Shown: positions 15,001 to 27,035 of the stretch, one piece after another
Layout of the letters: every line of letters starts with the position of its first letter
How positions within the stretch are numbered: the first letter of the stretch is position 1
From: the human T2T-CHM13v2.0 reference genome, Homo sapiens
NCBI RefSeq assembly: GCF_009914755.1
Contig: NC_060934.1
Reading direction: 5' to 3' (one strand)
DNA: 64,000 bases
The notes under the pieces: model-generated
Databases searched by the model: none
What the model was told of the DNA's origin: nothing
What the model saw: only the letters and a program-made list of their open reading frames with translations
Made by a program: the position numbers and the translations under genes

Positions 15001-16860
15001 ATGGAAACTAATGGAATCAACATCGAATGGATTCGAATGGAAACACCATCGAATTGAAGCGAATGGAATTATCATGAAATTGAATTGGATGGACTCATCA
15101 TCGAATGGATTCGAATGGAATCATCGAATGAAATTGATTGAAATCATCATCAAATGGAATCGAATGGAATCATTGAATGGAGTCGAATGGAATCATCATC
15201 AGATGGAAATGAATGGAATCATCATAGAATGGAATCGAATGGATTCATTGAATTGAATCAGATGGAATCATCAAGTGGACTTGAATGGAATCATTGAATG
15301 GACTCGAATGGAATCATTATTGTATGGAATTGAATGGAATCATCGAATGGTCTCGAATGGAATCATCCTAGAATGGAATTGAATTTAATCATCAAATGGA
15401 ATCGAATAGAATCATCATTGAATGGAATCGAATACAATCGGCATCGAATAGAATCGAATGGAATCATCATCAATGGAATCAAATGGAATTTTCTTCAAAT
15501 GGAATCGAATGGAAACATCATCAATTAGAATCGAATGGGATCATTGAATGAAACTGAATGGAATCATCATCAAAACGAATCAAAATAAAACAAAGAATGG
15601 AATCCAACGGAATCATCGAGTGGGATCAAATGGAATCATCATTGAATGGACTCGCATGGAGTCATCATCAAATGGAATCAAATGGAATCCTTTAATGGAC
15701 TCGAATGGAATCATTGAATGGACTCCAATGGAATCATCGAATGGAATCTAATGCAATCATCATCGAATGAAATCAAATGGAATCATTGAATGGAATTGAA
15801 TGGAATCATAATCAAATGGAATCAAATGAAATCATGGAATGCACTCGAATGGAATCATCGAATGGACTCAAATGGAATCAACATTGAGTGGAATCGAAAG
15901 AAAACATCTAATGGAGTTGAATGGAATAATCAAATGGAATCATCATCGAATGGACTAGAATGGAATCATCGAATGTACCCGAAAAGAATCATCATCGAAT
16001 GTAATCCAATGGAGTCATCTAATGCAATCCAATGGAATCATCATTGAATGGAATCGAATGGAATCATCATCGAATGGAATTGAATGGAATCATCATCAAA
16101 TGGAGTCGAATGGAATCATCAATGAATGGAATCGAATGGAGTCATCGAATGGAGTCCGTTAGAATCATCATCGAATGGAACCGAATGCAGTCATCATCTA
16201 ACGGAATCAAATGGAATCATCGAATGGACTCGATGGAATGATCATCACATGGAATCGAATGGAATCATCGAATGGACTCAAATGGAATCATCATTGAATG
16301 GAATCGAATGGAATCTTTGAATGGAAACAAATGAAATTATTGAATGGAATCGAATAGAATCATCATTGAATAGAATCAAATTGGATCATCATCAAATGGA
16401 ATCTAATAAAATCATCATCGAATTGAATCTAGTGGAGTCATCATCTAATGGAGTTGAATGGAATCAGCAAGGAATTGAATTGAATTGAGAAATCGAATGG
16501 AATCCATTGGAATCATCATCGAATGGAACCGAACGCAGTCATCATACAATGGAACTGAATGGAATCAATGAAGGGACTCGAATTGTGTCATCATTGAATG
16601 GAATCGGATGGAATCATCGAATGGACTCGAATGGAAACATCATTGTATGGAATCGAATGGAATCCTCGAATGGACTCTGATGGAATCATCATCAAATGGA
16701 ATCGAATGGAATCGAATTGAATCATCAAATGGACTCTAATGGAATCATCATTGAATGGAATCGAATGGAATCATCAAATGGACTCGAATGGAATCATCAT
16801 CGAATGGAATCGAGTGGAATCCTTGAATTGAAGCAAATGGAATCATCAAATGGAATCGAA
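1..16860. repeat. Human satellite 2 (HSat2/HSATII) array, GGAAT strand on +, running off the left edge of the window
   Basis: Continuous diverged (GAATG)n with the HSat2 signature GAATCATCATCGAATGGAATCGAATG and abundant TCGA. The landmark CAATTGGTATTG/CTATTGGTATTG recurs at 421, 2226, 4590, 6461, 8355, 10672, 11434 and 12792. The array ends abruptly at TGGAATCGAA|CAGATTTG (16860). Confidence 0.97.
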
Positions 16861-16929
16861 CAGATTTGTAAGAAACTTACTTGAACCAAAAAATAGAAAA
16901 ACAAACAAACCAAAACCCCCTAAAACTTT

Positions 16930-17250
16930 GACGAGCAAAGTAGACATCAGAACAGGAAATATCACTGGGGATGAAGAATAACATTTCAAAATGACAAAGG
17001 GGAAAATACACCAAGAAGTCATGTAAATAAGAATTATGTATGCACACAATAACATTACCTCAAAATACATAATATAAAACCTATTAAAACTGAAAGGTAA
17101 AATAGTAAAACCACAGTCATCCATGGGGATTTCAACAGTCTCCTGCCAGAAATTTTTAAATTTTGTTAAACGAAAAGTTGGTAAGGGTAGAGAGGATCTT
17201 AAAAATATAATTAGCCAACTTGATCTAATTGAATCTTTTAGAATAATCTA
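16930..17250 (+). mobile_element. Old L1M ORF2 endonuclease-region remnant abutting the satellite edge
   Basis: Degenerate L1 endonuclease coding motifs (CAAAGTAGACATCAGAAC ~ KVDF; TATGCACACAATAAC ~ YAPNN; GGGGATTTCAAC ~ GDFN). Confidence 0.65.
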
Positions 17251-17336
17251 AGAATGAGGAATGAGTTAGCAGAGAAAGAAAAGGCAGACATCAACGTGAC
17301 ATTAGTGTTTCAAGGCTATGAGAATACAACAATAAT

Positions 17337-17357
17337 GGTGTGTGTGTGTGTGTGTGC
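17337..17357. repeat. (TG)n microsatellite
   Basis: Direct reading of the sequence. Confidence 0.9.
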
Positions 17358-18399
17358 AGATGGCAAGCTCAATCTTAAAAATATTGAGTTTTAACTGACA
17401 ATTCATTATTAGGAAAGATAAGAGGAAATGATATCTAGTGAGAGGCTATATGACTGAACTCTAAGATAAAGATCACAGCAGAAATTGTGTACCTGACAGC
17501 TCTATAAGGAGGTCAGTCAAAAATAAGTCAGTGATGAATTCTCTGGTGTAAAAGCAGAGGAATGAGGATTAGATTTAAAACACATGGAAGCAGAGTGACT
17601 TATGATAAAAACATGAGCTTGAAAATCCTGCAGAGAGAGCTTTAAATCCTGGGTATGATATTCTGCTTGTGTAGGCAATAGTGATAAAAACACAACAACA
17701 AAGAGAGGTAAAGAGCACTTTCCTTTGATATAAGTAAAGGGCACGTCTTATTGCACATATATATATATAGGTATTCAACTGAAATTCAACATGTTTCTCT
17801 CATTGAAACAGCAAGCTCTCCAGGCCTTCATGTTCCCAGTGAGGTAGGTAACCTTCTGATGATTATACTCACCCTCCCTCATTGCAAAGCCCCATTGTTA
17901 TTGTCTTGGCTCTGGATTCCCTCAAAAATAGACTATGAAACAAATATCTGGGGTCAGATACTTTAATCAGAAATTGAGTGAGAAAGCACAGAAGTGGAGA
18001 AAATGAAACAGAACACGAAGCCAGTGTGAATGAGTAGTTACTGCTATGTGCTCAGTAATGATGGAGGTATGGAGATTGTCTTAAAATAACTTTACAAAGA
18101 GATGGGGATGCTGGAATCCCCATCTCCTATTGCTTAAGGATTGCCTTAGAATCATTAACTCTCCACCCCTAACTGCTTCTTTGTTCCTATGTGTGGTTGA
18201 GAAGCACTGGTTAGCCTCAAGAAGCTTGCAGGCAGGCCCAAAAATCAGAAAGAAAGGCATGATGTGGGGAGCTCTCAGTTAGCTTGAAACAGGTGAATTT
18301 CAGGTGAACACATTGAGTCCAGGACATAGAAGACACGTCATCAGCAATATCTGCTATAGCCAGTTTTCTTTTTCTTTTTAAGAATATATGTACTTTTTA

Positions 18400-19019
18400 T
18401 TGGGGGTCCCCAAGTCCCCCTTTGGTTTAATGATTCACGTAACTCAAGAAAGCTGATTTTTTTTTGTGGTTACAGTTTCTAACGTGAAAGAAACCAGATT
18501 AAAATAATCAGAAGCATAAAAGCACATAAAGTTGAGTCCAGGACAAACCAGATGTGAGCGTACAGGTGTCCTTTCATAGTGGGGACTTCACACTGACTAA
18601 TTTTCTTTACAATGGTGTGAGACAACTTGTGTGAACTTGTTGCCAACTAGGGAAGCTCAGTCAGTCTTGAGTCCAGGGTTTTTATTAGGATTCCACCACA
18701 TATGCATCGAGCGTCCTGTGACTGAACTTAGCTACTTAGTTCCCAACCTCCCTATGCCCTAAGAGAGGTCATATTAATATAGCATTACACAAAGTCATAG
18801 GCATATAGAAACAGGTGCTCACAAGAAATCACGTTGTTAGCATCAGCTATTTGATAAGACCTACATTTTCAGGTATACAAAGACTCTCATCAGGCAGCAT
18901 ATACCAAGGGCTCATAGGTTATCATCTCCTAGGAGCTTGTCAAGGGCCAGTCCTGAAGACCTTTGGAATGTGCAAGGTTTTGGAAAGCCATGTCTGCAGA
19001 ATTAACCCTTCATTGCACA
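18400..19019 (-). mobile_element. MER21-like LTR
   Basis: Resembles the recalled MER21 consensus (TGCCAACTAGGGAAGCTCA...GTCCAGGGTTTTTATT; terminal TTAACCCTTCATTGCACA). Confidence 0.6.
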
Positions 19020-19387
19020 ACTTCCAAGAATTTTTTTTTATCTTTAAAAATGTTTTTTGATCTTTGACAATGTACCAACCAATACTGAGTAATTAGTAAC
19101 AACAGTGTACTCCTGAGTACTTGCAACTGCAAGGAGAAAAAGGACAGATGCACTTACATAGGACAGATGCAAATAGACACCATTATGACAAGTAAAGCTG
19201 GAATAATCAATAAATTCCTAAAGACAAAGTGGGGCTGGTCAGATTGGGAGACCGCTGACAGCTGCAGAAGTTGGGAAAGATCCATCATCTTGAATCTTTT
19301 TCCCCACAAACCCACTATGATCTGTCAAGCAATTGGTAAGGAATCCAAGAGAGTCTGTATATGATACAGACCAGGGAGAGCAGAACA

Positions 19388-19668
19388 CTTGGGAGGTGAT
19401 GAGGTCTTGGGGGCTGAGCCCTTATGAATGGGATTAGTGTCTTTATAAAAGAAGCTCAATGGAGTTCTTGTGTGCCTTCCACTATGTGAGGACATAGAAA
19501 GAAGGCACCATCTATGAACCATGAAATTGGCTCTCATCAACACTGAATTTCTGAGCATCTTGACCTGAGATCTTACAGCCTCAAGAAGTGTGAAAAAAGA
19601 AATATCTGTTGTTTTTTAGTCACCCGGTTTATGTTATTTTGTTATAAGAGTCCAAATAGACCAAGATA
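19388..19668 (+). mobile_element. MLT1A-like MaLR LTR fragment (second copy at ~30556-30836)
   Basis: ATGAATGGGATTAGTG.CTTTATAAAAGA, CCACTATGTGAGGACA and TATTTTGTTATA..AGACCAAGATA motifs. Confidence 0.7.
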
Positions 19669-20580
19669 TTCCACTTAATATGTAGGGGAAGGCAACAAAA
19701 ACTGCCACACTTAGAATACTCCTGACGCTGGGAGTATGAAAACAGGAAAAACAAAACAAAACTGCTCTTGAAGGTGAAGGAGGAATATCACTGAGCTCAC
19801 CAACACAGCCAGGAAAAGAACAGAAGTGTGAGAAGGCTACATTCCTGAGACCCTGAGAAAAAGTACCTGCATAAGACTGAGATGAAATTACCTACCTTAG
19901 TTATAATTGAAATCCCAAAAAGAAAAGAGGAAAAAATAATGGAGCAAAAGAAATATATTTCAAAATAACTGCCAAAAATATTCTAAAAGAAGTGACAGGA
20001 AATCAAACTTCAGATATAGGAAACTCAGAGAATGTCAAATAGAACAAAAAGAAATAAGAATTCCATCTTGAAAAATCTTTAAAAAATCAACTCTAAATTT
20101 TATATCTTGCTCCAAATATATAGAGGTATAAATAGGTTATCATCAAGATATGGAGAAAGCCATATCATGGAAACACTAAAATAAAGCTGTGGAAGGACTA
20201 CATTGATATTAGACACAACAGAGTTCAGAACAAGAAATAGTATGAGATGAGAGATAATAAATAATATAATAATCAATTCTCAAGATGTAAACATCCTACT
20301 AATTAGGATATGCAGCTAACAACAGAACCTCCAAATACATGAGGTAAAACAGGAAAGAAATCAAAGGTAAACTAGAAAAATCCAAAATTATATTTGCAGA
20401 CTTCAACACTTTTGTTTTAGTAATGGACAGACTAGGCACAAACTCAGTAATCATATGGAAGATAAGAAAAACAATATCACCAACAAGACATCCAATCTTC
20501 AATGGCAGATACTTTTTCCTTTCAAGTGAAAAAAAAAACAGTATGGCATATTCTCTAACAAACCCAGAATTTCTAATATT

Positions 20581-21045
20581 TGCTTTCTTCCTTCCTTCTT
20601 TCCATCTTCCTTTCTCTTCTCTTCCCTTGCCTTCTTCCTTCCTTTCTTTTCCGCTTTCTTTTCCTTTCTTTTTTCTCCTTCCTTCCTTCTTTCCTTCCCC
20701 TTATTCTTCCTTCCCTCCTCCCTCCCTTGCTTTCTCCCTCCCTTCTTTTCTCTTATTCTTTCTCACTTTCTTTCCTTTTTTCTCCCTTCCTCCCTCCCTT
20801 TTTTCCTTCCTGCCTCCCTTCCTTTCCTTTTTCCTTCCTTCCTCCCTTCTATTTTCTTTGTTTGCCTTCCTCCCTGTTACCATTCTCTCTTCCTCCTTTC
20901 CTTCCTCCTTCCATCACTTTTTCTTTCTTTCTTGAGTTCTTGCTTTCTTTTTTCTCCTTTCCTGCCTTTCTCCCTTCCTCCCTCCCTTCTCTCATTTCCT
21001 CCTTTACTTTCTTCTTTCCTTCCTTCCTTTTTTCTTTCTCTTTAG
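20581..21045. repeat. TC-rich polypyrimidine low-complexity tract (copy 1)
   Basis: About 460 bp almost entirely C/T on +. Confidence 0.93.
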
Positions 21046-21250
21046 TACAATTCATATTATTTAAAAAAAATTAAGAAAGAGAGGCAGAAAAATAAAGAAC
21101 ACTTTAATCTGCAGGTAAATAGATTATGTCTGCTGTAGACAAAATAATGGACTCACAAAAATGTTCATGTCCTAATTCCCGGAGTCTAACATACAAATAT
21201 GTTAGGTTGCATGGCAGTGGGAAATTAGATTTCAAGTGAAATTAAGGTTC

Positions 21251-23619
21251 CAAAGGCAGCGGGGACAAAAAGCCACGGCGGCAAAAAAGCGCGGCAGCAG
21301 GGGCAAAAAGCCACGGCGGCAGTTGGAGAAAGACGCGGCGGTGGGGACAAAAAGCCACACTGAGGGGGGTAAAAAGCCACTGAGGCGGGGGCAAAAAGCA
21401 GCGGGAGCGGGGGCAAAAAAAACACAAAAAGCCGCGGCGGCTGGGGGAAAAAGCCGTGGTGGCAGGGTGCAAAAAAGCTGCAGCGACAGGGGCGAAAAGC
21501 CCCGGCGGCGGAGGCAAAAGACTGCGGCAGAGGGGGCAAAAAGCTGCGGCAGTGGCGGTTAAAAAAAGCCACGGCGGCAAAAACCCGCGGCGGTGGGGGT
21601 AAAATCCCGTAGTGGCGGGGGAAAAAACAGCGGTGGCAAAAAGTCACGGAAGCGGGGGCAAATAGCCCTGGTGGCGGGTGCAAAATGCCGCAGCGGTGAG
21701 GACAAAAAGCCGTGGCTTCAGGGACAAAAAGCTGCAGCAGCGAAAAGCTGTAGTGGCGGGGGCAAAAAGCCACGGCAGCGGCGGGGGGGCAAAAAGCAGC
21801 GGCGGCGGGAACAAACACCGCCGCGGCAAAAAGCCTCAGTGGCGGGGGCGAAAAGCCGCGGCGGCGGGGGAGAAAAGCCACAAAAAGCCATGGTGGCGAG
21901 GCTAAAAAGCTGTGGCTTTGGGGGCAAAAAGCCACAGCCTCAAAAAACCATAGTGGTGGGGCAAAAAGCTGCGGTGGCGGGGACAAAAAGCAGCAAGAGC
22001 GGGGGCAAAAAAATCACAAAAACCCGCGGAGACGGGGGGAAAAATCCACGGGGGCAAAAAGCCGCAAAAAGCAGCAGCGGCAGGGGCAAAAACCGCGGCG
22101 GCAAATAGCCTCAGTGGCAGGAGCCAAAAGCCATGGTGGCGGGGGCAAAAAGCCGTGGTGGTGGGCCCAAAAAGCCGCGGTGGTGGAATAAAACTGTGAC
22201 TGCAAAAAGCCACGGCGATGGGGATAAGAAGCTGTGGCGGGGGCAAAAAGCCACAGCGGCGGGGAGTAAAATGCCGCAAAAAGCCGCGGTGGCGAGGGCA
22301 AAAAGGTGTGGCTTCGGGGGCAAAAAGCTGTAGCGGCTGGGCAAAAAGCCGCGGTGGCGAAGGCAAAAAGCTGTGGCTTTGGGGGCAAAAAGCCGCGGCA
22401 GCGGCTGGGGCGGAAAAACCACAAAAATCCGCTGAGACAGGGGGAAAAAGACGCGGGGGCAAAAAGCCGTGGCGACAGGGGGAAAAAATCTGCAAAAAGC
22501 AGCAGCGGCAGGGTTAAAAACCGCAGCGGCAAAAAGCCTCAGCGGTAGGAGCAAAAAGCCACGGCTGCGGGAGGGCAAAAAGCCACGGTGGTGGGACCAA
22601 AAAGCCATGGCGGTGGGAATAAAAAGCCGCGGCTGCAAAAAGCAGTGGCGGTGGGGATAAAAAGTCGTGACGGCAAAAACCCGCGGCGGTGGGGGCAATA
22701 AGCCGTGGCGGCACGGGGAAAAAGCCGTGGCGGCGAGGGCAAAAAGCTGTTGCTTCGGGGGCAAAAAACCACGGCGGCAAAAAGCCCTAGTGGTGGGGCA
22801 AAAAGCAGCGGGAGCGGGTGCAAAAAACAAAAACCCGGGGCGACGGGGGGAAAAAGCCGCATGGGCAAAAAGCCGCAGTGGCAGGGGGTCAAAAAGCCAC
22901 GGCGGTGGGGGGGCAAAAAGCTGCAAAAAGCAGCGGCGGCGGGGGCAAAAACTGCAGAGGCAAAAAGCCTCAGCGGCAGGAGCAAAAAGTCATGGCGGCG
23001 GGGGCAAAAAGCCGCGGCGGCTAAAACCCATGGCGGCAGGGTCAAAAACCATGGCTTCGGAGGCAAAGAGCCGCGGTGGCAAAAAGCCGTAGTGGTGGGG
23101 GCAAAAAGCCACAAAAAGCCGTGGCGGCAGGGCCAAAAAGCCATGGCGCCAAGGGCAAAAAGCCGTGGCTTCGGAGGCAAAGAGCCGCAGCGGCAAAAAG
23201 CCACAAAAAGCCATGGTGATGGGGGCAAAATGCCACGGCGGTGGGGGTAAGAAGCCTCGGCAGCGAGGGCAATAAGCCGTGGCTGGAGAAACCCGCAGCG
23301 GCGGGGGCAAAAAGCAACAGCAGCGGTGACGAAAAGCCACAGGGGCGGGGGCAGAAATCCACGAGGCAGGGAAAAAGCTGCAGCAGCGGGGGCAGAAATC
23401 CGCGAGGCGGGGAATAAGCTGCAGCGGCGGGGGCAAAAAGGCAGGACGGCGGGCGCAAAAAGCCGCAAAAAGCCCCAGTGGTGGGTCAAAGAGCCGCAAA
23501 AAGCCCCAGTGTTGGGGGCAAAAAGCCGCGGCGGCAGTGGCAAAAAGCAGCGGAGGCAAAAACCCACGGCGGTGGCGGCAAAAAGCAGCGGTGGCAAAAA
23601 GCCGCGGTGGCAGGGGCAC
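21251..23619 (+). repeat. GC-rich pericentromeric repeat array 1, (GGGGGCAAAAAGCCGCGGCGGC)n-like (GCTTTTTGC/CAAAAAGCGGG-type)
   Basis: About 2.4 kb of 10-22 bp variants of an AAAAAGCCGCGGCGGC core. This repeat class is known at human pericentromeric duplication boundaries. Confidence 0.92.
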
Positions 23620-23763
23620 AATAGTGGAAAAGGGGTAGAAGGCCAATGCAGCTTGGCATTCCTGGACTGTGATGTGGAAGGAAAAGTGCAGCGGAAGACG
23701 AAGATGTAAGTAGGCTTGACTCAGTGCAGCTAAGAACTCAGATGTTATCTTGATGTTATCTAT

Positions 23764-23893
23764 CAGCTAATTTTTTGTATTTTAGTAGAGAAGGGGTTTT
23801 ACCAAGTTGGCCAGGATTGTCTGGATCTCCTGAGCTCATGATCCACGCACCTCAGCCTCCCAAAGTGATGGGATTAGAGGCATGAGCCACAAA
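23764..23893 (-). mobile_element. Alu left-monomer fragment (second copy at ~61334-61460)
   Basis: CAGCTAATTTTTTGTATTTTAGTAGAG...CCTCAGCCTCCCAAAGTG.TGGGATTA. Confidence 0.85.
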
Positions 23894-24931
23894 GTGCTCA
23901 AAAAATCTATTAATTAAAAAATGTGTATGTAGCCATCTTCAATCTACCGTGTCCATTAGCAGATAAATACTACAAGGAAAATAACAACAATGAAAGAAAC
24001 ATAGACTTAGAGTAGATACTCTGATTTATTTAATAAAAATTTGAAAGTAGACCAAATTACTCTATGATAAAAAAAAATCTGTTACTATTGAGGATGAGGG
24101 TTGGTGTTTGCAAAGGGGCAGAAGTATCACTATTTTTAGTAATGTTCTATTTTCGTACATGGCTATAAGCAAATACATGTGTTTCATTAATCAAGCTATC
24201 CATATTTAATCATTGTACTTTTCTGCATGTATGATATATGTCAATAAAATGTCTTAAATTATATACAGCAAAAATAGACAAAACCACAAGAAGACATACA
24301 TGAATGTTAAACCTAGAGAGAAATTTGAATATAAGTAAGTCTCTGAATGACTGCTAGAACAAACCGAAAAATAATCAGGATGGAGAGGTTTGGAACAGCA
24401 TGACTAGCAAAATTGACATATCTGTCTTTTAATATAGGCAGAAACATAGTTAGATAAAAAAAGGACTTGTCTCAGAGTATGATTTCTGAAAATAGTGGAA
24501 TCGAGTTTGAATCTAGGAAGTACATATAAATAAATGTCTTAAAACTCCTCTTATGTTACCTAATTAAGAAATATTATTGTAATAGATATTAGAAAATATT
24601 TTAATAAATTGAGTGAATTTCACAAGCTAAGGAAATGATCTTACTTGCATTTGATAGTTCAATTAGATACATATATACCTATAGGTATTTTAAAATATTT
24701 CTAATAACCTTATATATTTTAAAAAGCATTGATATCTGTTTGCACTGTCTGGTCTATAGAGTACACATACCAAACATGATTGTAGCTCTTCTGCTATAAA
24801 CTTCAAATGTCCAATTAATACAAAAATCTAGAATGAGAACAGTTCTTTGCATTTTTTTTTACCAAATAGAATATAGGAAGGATAGCTGCAAATATACCTG
24901 ACACACTTATCTGTGAGTATGGTGGTAGCAT

Positions 24932-25233
24932 TTTTATTTTATTTTATTTTATTTTTGAGAGAGGGTCTCACTTTGTCACCCAAGATGGAGTGCAGTCATG
25001 TGATTAGAGCTCACTGAAGCCTTCACATACTGTGCTCAAGCGATTCTCCCACCTCAGCCTCCTGAGTAGCAGGGACTGCAGGTGCATGACACCATACTAG
25101 CTAATTTTTGTGAAGATGGGGTTTCATCATGTTGCGCTGGCTGATCTCCAACTCCTGGACTCAAGAGATCTGGCCACCTTGGCCTCCCAAAATGCTGGGA
25201 TTATAGTTTTGAGGCACCGCAATCAGCCCAGCC
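24932..25233 (-). mobile_element. AluJ-like element (second copy at ~62497-62793)
   Basis: TTTTA tail, GAGAGGGTCTCACTTTGTCACCCA, CTCAAGCGATTCTCCCACCTCAGCCTCC; dimeric structure. Confidence 0.85.
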
Positions 25234-27000
25234 TTAAAAAAGGCTGACTAGAGATCTTTATCTATGTATATATATATCTATCTATAAAATAAACATGTGT
25301 TTCTTATATAAAAATATATATTATTAATATTATATAAAAATTTTTTTTCAAGGTAGAAATATATAAAGAGGGTGCATGTAGAGCCTGGGGCATTGTGTAG
25401 TGAAGCTCAAGGCCTCTGAAGAAATGCCCCTTGCCTCTTTTGTCTGTGCTAGAATCCGAGAACGAAAAGCAGCAGATGCACTGGTTCCCAGGTTCTTGGC
25501 ATCCTACAGAGAGAAACTTGTTTGAGCTAGGGTAGCGTTAAACACCCTTGTTCTTACTCTCCTGTTTTATGTAGTGAGCAGAGACTAGCATCATTAGAAC
25601 AGACTGTGACAGTCAAGGCTGTCTGATATTTTGTGCAGCATTAATTGAGAAATTCTAGCACCTGAAGAACTCTGGGCCATTTGAGGGTAGGTGCAGGGGA
25701 GGAAAGGGAAGTTTGCATCCCTCCTGCTGTGGAGAGAACCCGTGGGAAGCACAGACCTTGTCCTAACTGAAGGCAGACCCCCTTGTTAACCCGCTTCTCA
25801 TCAGCCAACCCTGGATGAGTTTCCATGTCTATTTATTAAATAATCCTTATTGCTTTTCTTCATATGGGCAAAGTATGGTTTACAGGGAATATTGTTCCTT
25901 TGAACACCCATTGTGCAAACCCCTTCCTGTTGTGGGAAAACAGGCTTCCATATGTGTATTATTGGGAAACACATAGGCAATTTCTATGTTTTTACTGCAT
26001 CTATTTCAGGGATATGGGAACTGAATAGTGCCCATCAAAGGCTCACCTGATGTTGGAAATTGATCTGAGAGCGCGGAAGGACAGAATTCTTTCTTTGTTC
26101 CTGGGCAGCGGTGGTTGAGGGATCATTTTGTGGCAGCTACAGTGGCAATGATGGAGGCAGAACGGAAGGCTCAGTACCAAGACGAGGAGAGATTTGGCCT
26201 CACAATGGCAGCATTGCAGGGGTGCGCTCTACAGAGCATTTGCTCACATGGTTTTGGGCATTGTCTCCAACTACATTTCTTCTCCAATAGGTTGACCCAT
26301 TCTAACTAACTCCTTTTCTCTTTAAAACAGAAAACTTCATTTGTATGACTTGCAATTGTAAATGACACCAGTTGGTCAGCTATCATTCAAATTCTCTGTT
26401 ACTTAGTCCTCCCTTTTCCTAACGTATGCAACTTTCCTCTAAAAAATTGGACACTTTGTTGCTTACTCATTGTCTTTACACATTTTAAAATGTTGCTTTA
26501 TGCCCCCAATCCCTAACTACATTTTCGATGTTTTGCAACTGGAGTCCAGGTGTTCTTGATTTACATGAAACTCAAAATAATGGTTATAGTAACTAGTACT
26601 TCATAATTAAGCAAAAAGCTCCTATTGAAAAATGACAGAACTATACATAGAGATGACAACATGGAGAGATATTTCCTGAGATCACAAAGTTATGGTATGG
26701 CAGAACTAGAACGTTGAGTAGAGACTCTGTGTTCCCAATCATTATTTCTACCACCAGCTTTCTATTTTGATGTTAATAATGTTCTTATGTGGGAAACCCT
26801 ATATATTTGCCAATGTTTAGTTCGTTGACAAAGAAATAGAAAGAGCTTCAAGAACACTCTAATCTTTAAAAAATAAAATGTCTATAATTGGCCATACGAA
26901 AAAAATTGGTACTTGACATATACTGAGATCGTTTTATTTTGTGCTAGACAAATGAAGTCATAGAACAGAATGTGCTTTAAATATTATGAATAGTGCTTGC

Positions 27001-27035
27001 GTGTGTGTGTGTGTTTGTGTGTGCGTATGTGTGTT
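27001..27035. repeat. Interrupted (TG)n microsatellite
   Basis: Direct reading of the sequence. Confidence 0.85.

Larger units (their letters stand above)
19123..21249 (+). repeat. Segmental duplication A, copy 1 (direct paralog of 30290-32586)
   Basis: Near-identical sequence from TGCAAGGAGAAA..ACAGATGCAC to CAAGTGAAATTAAGGTT. Paired ORF translations match (19325-19558 vs 30493-30726; 20299-20502 vs 31472-31675). Confidence 0.95.
23620..26440 (+). repeat. Segmental duplication B, copy 1 (paralog of 61198-64000; homology probably continues past the window end)
   Basis: Near-identical from ATAGTGGAAA..GTAGAAGGCCA through ACGTATGCAACTTTCC. Offset is about 37.6 kb. Confidence 0.95.

Noticed and set aside
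1-16860. CRISPR-like or other repeat-spacer array
   Set aside because: There is no constant repeat with unique spacers; this is a tandem satellite in primate DNA.
1-16884. Dozens of + strand ORFs (MESSSNGIEWNH..., up to 248 aa)
   Set aside because: They are translations of ATG-rich HSat2 pentamer repeats in overlapping frames, with no gene structure.
21225-23709. Long overlapping ORFs on both strands (K/G/R/A-rich on +, P/F/A-rich on -, up to 360 aa; likewise up to 433 aa at 59873-61340)
   Set aside because: Stop-poor repeat composition opens all six frames; the resemblance to histone H1 or protamine is compositional only.
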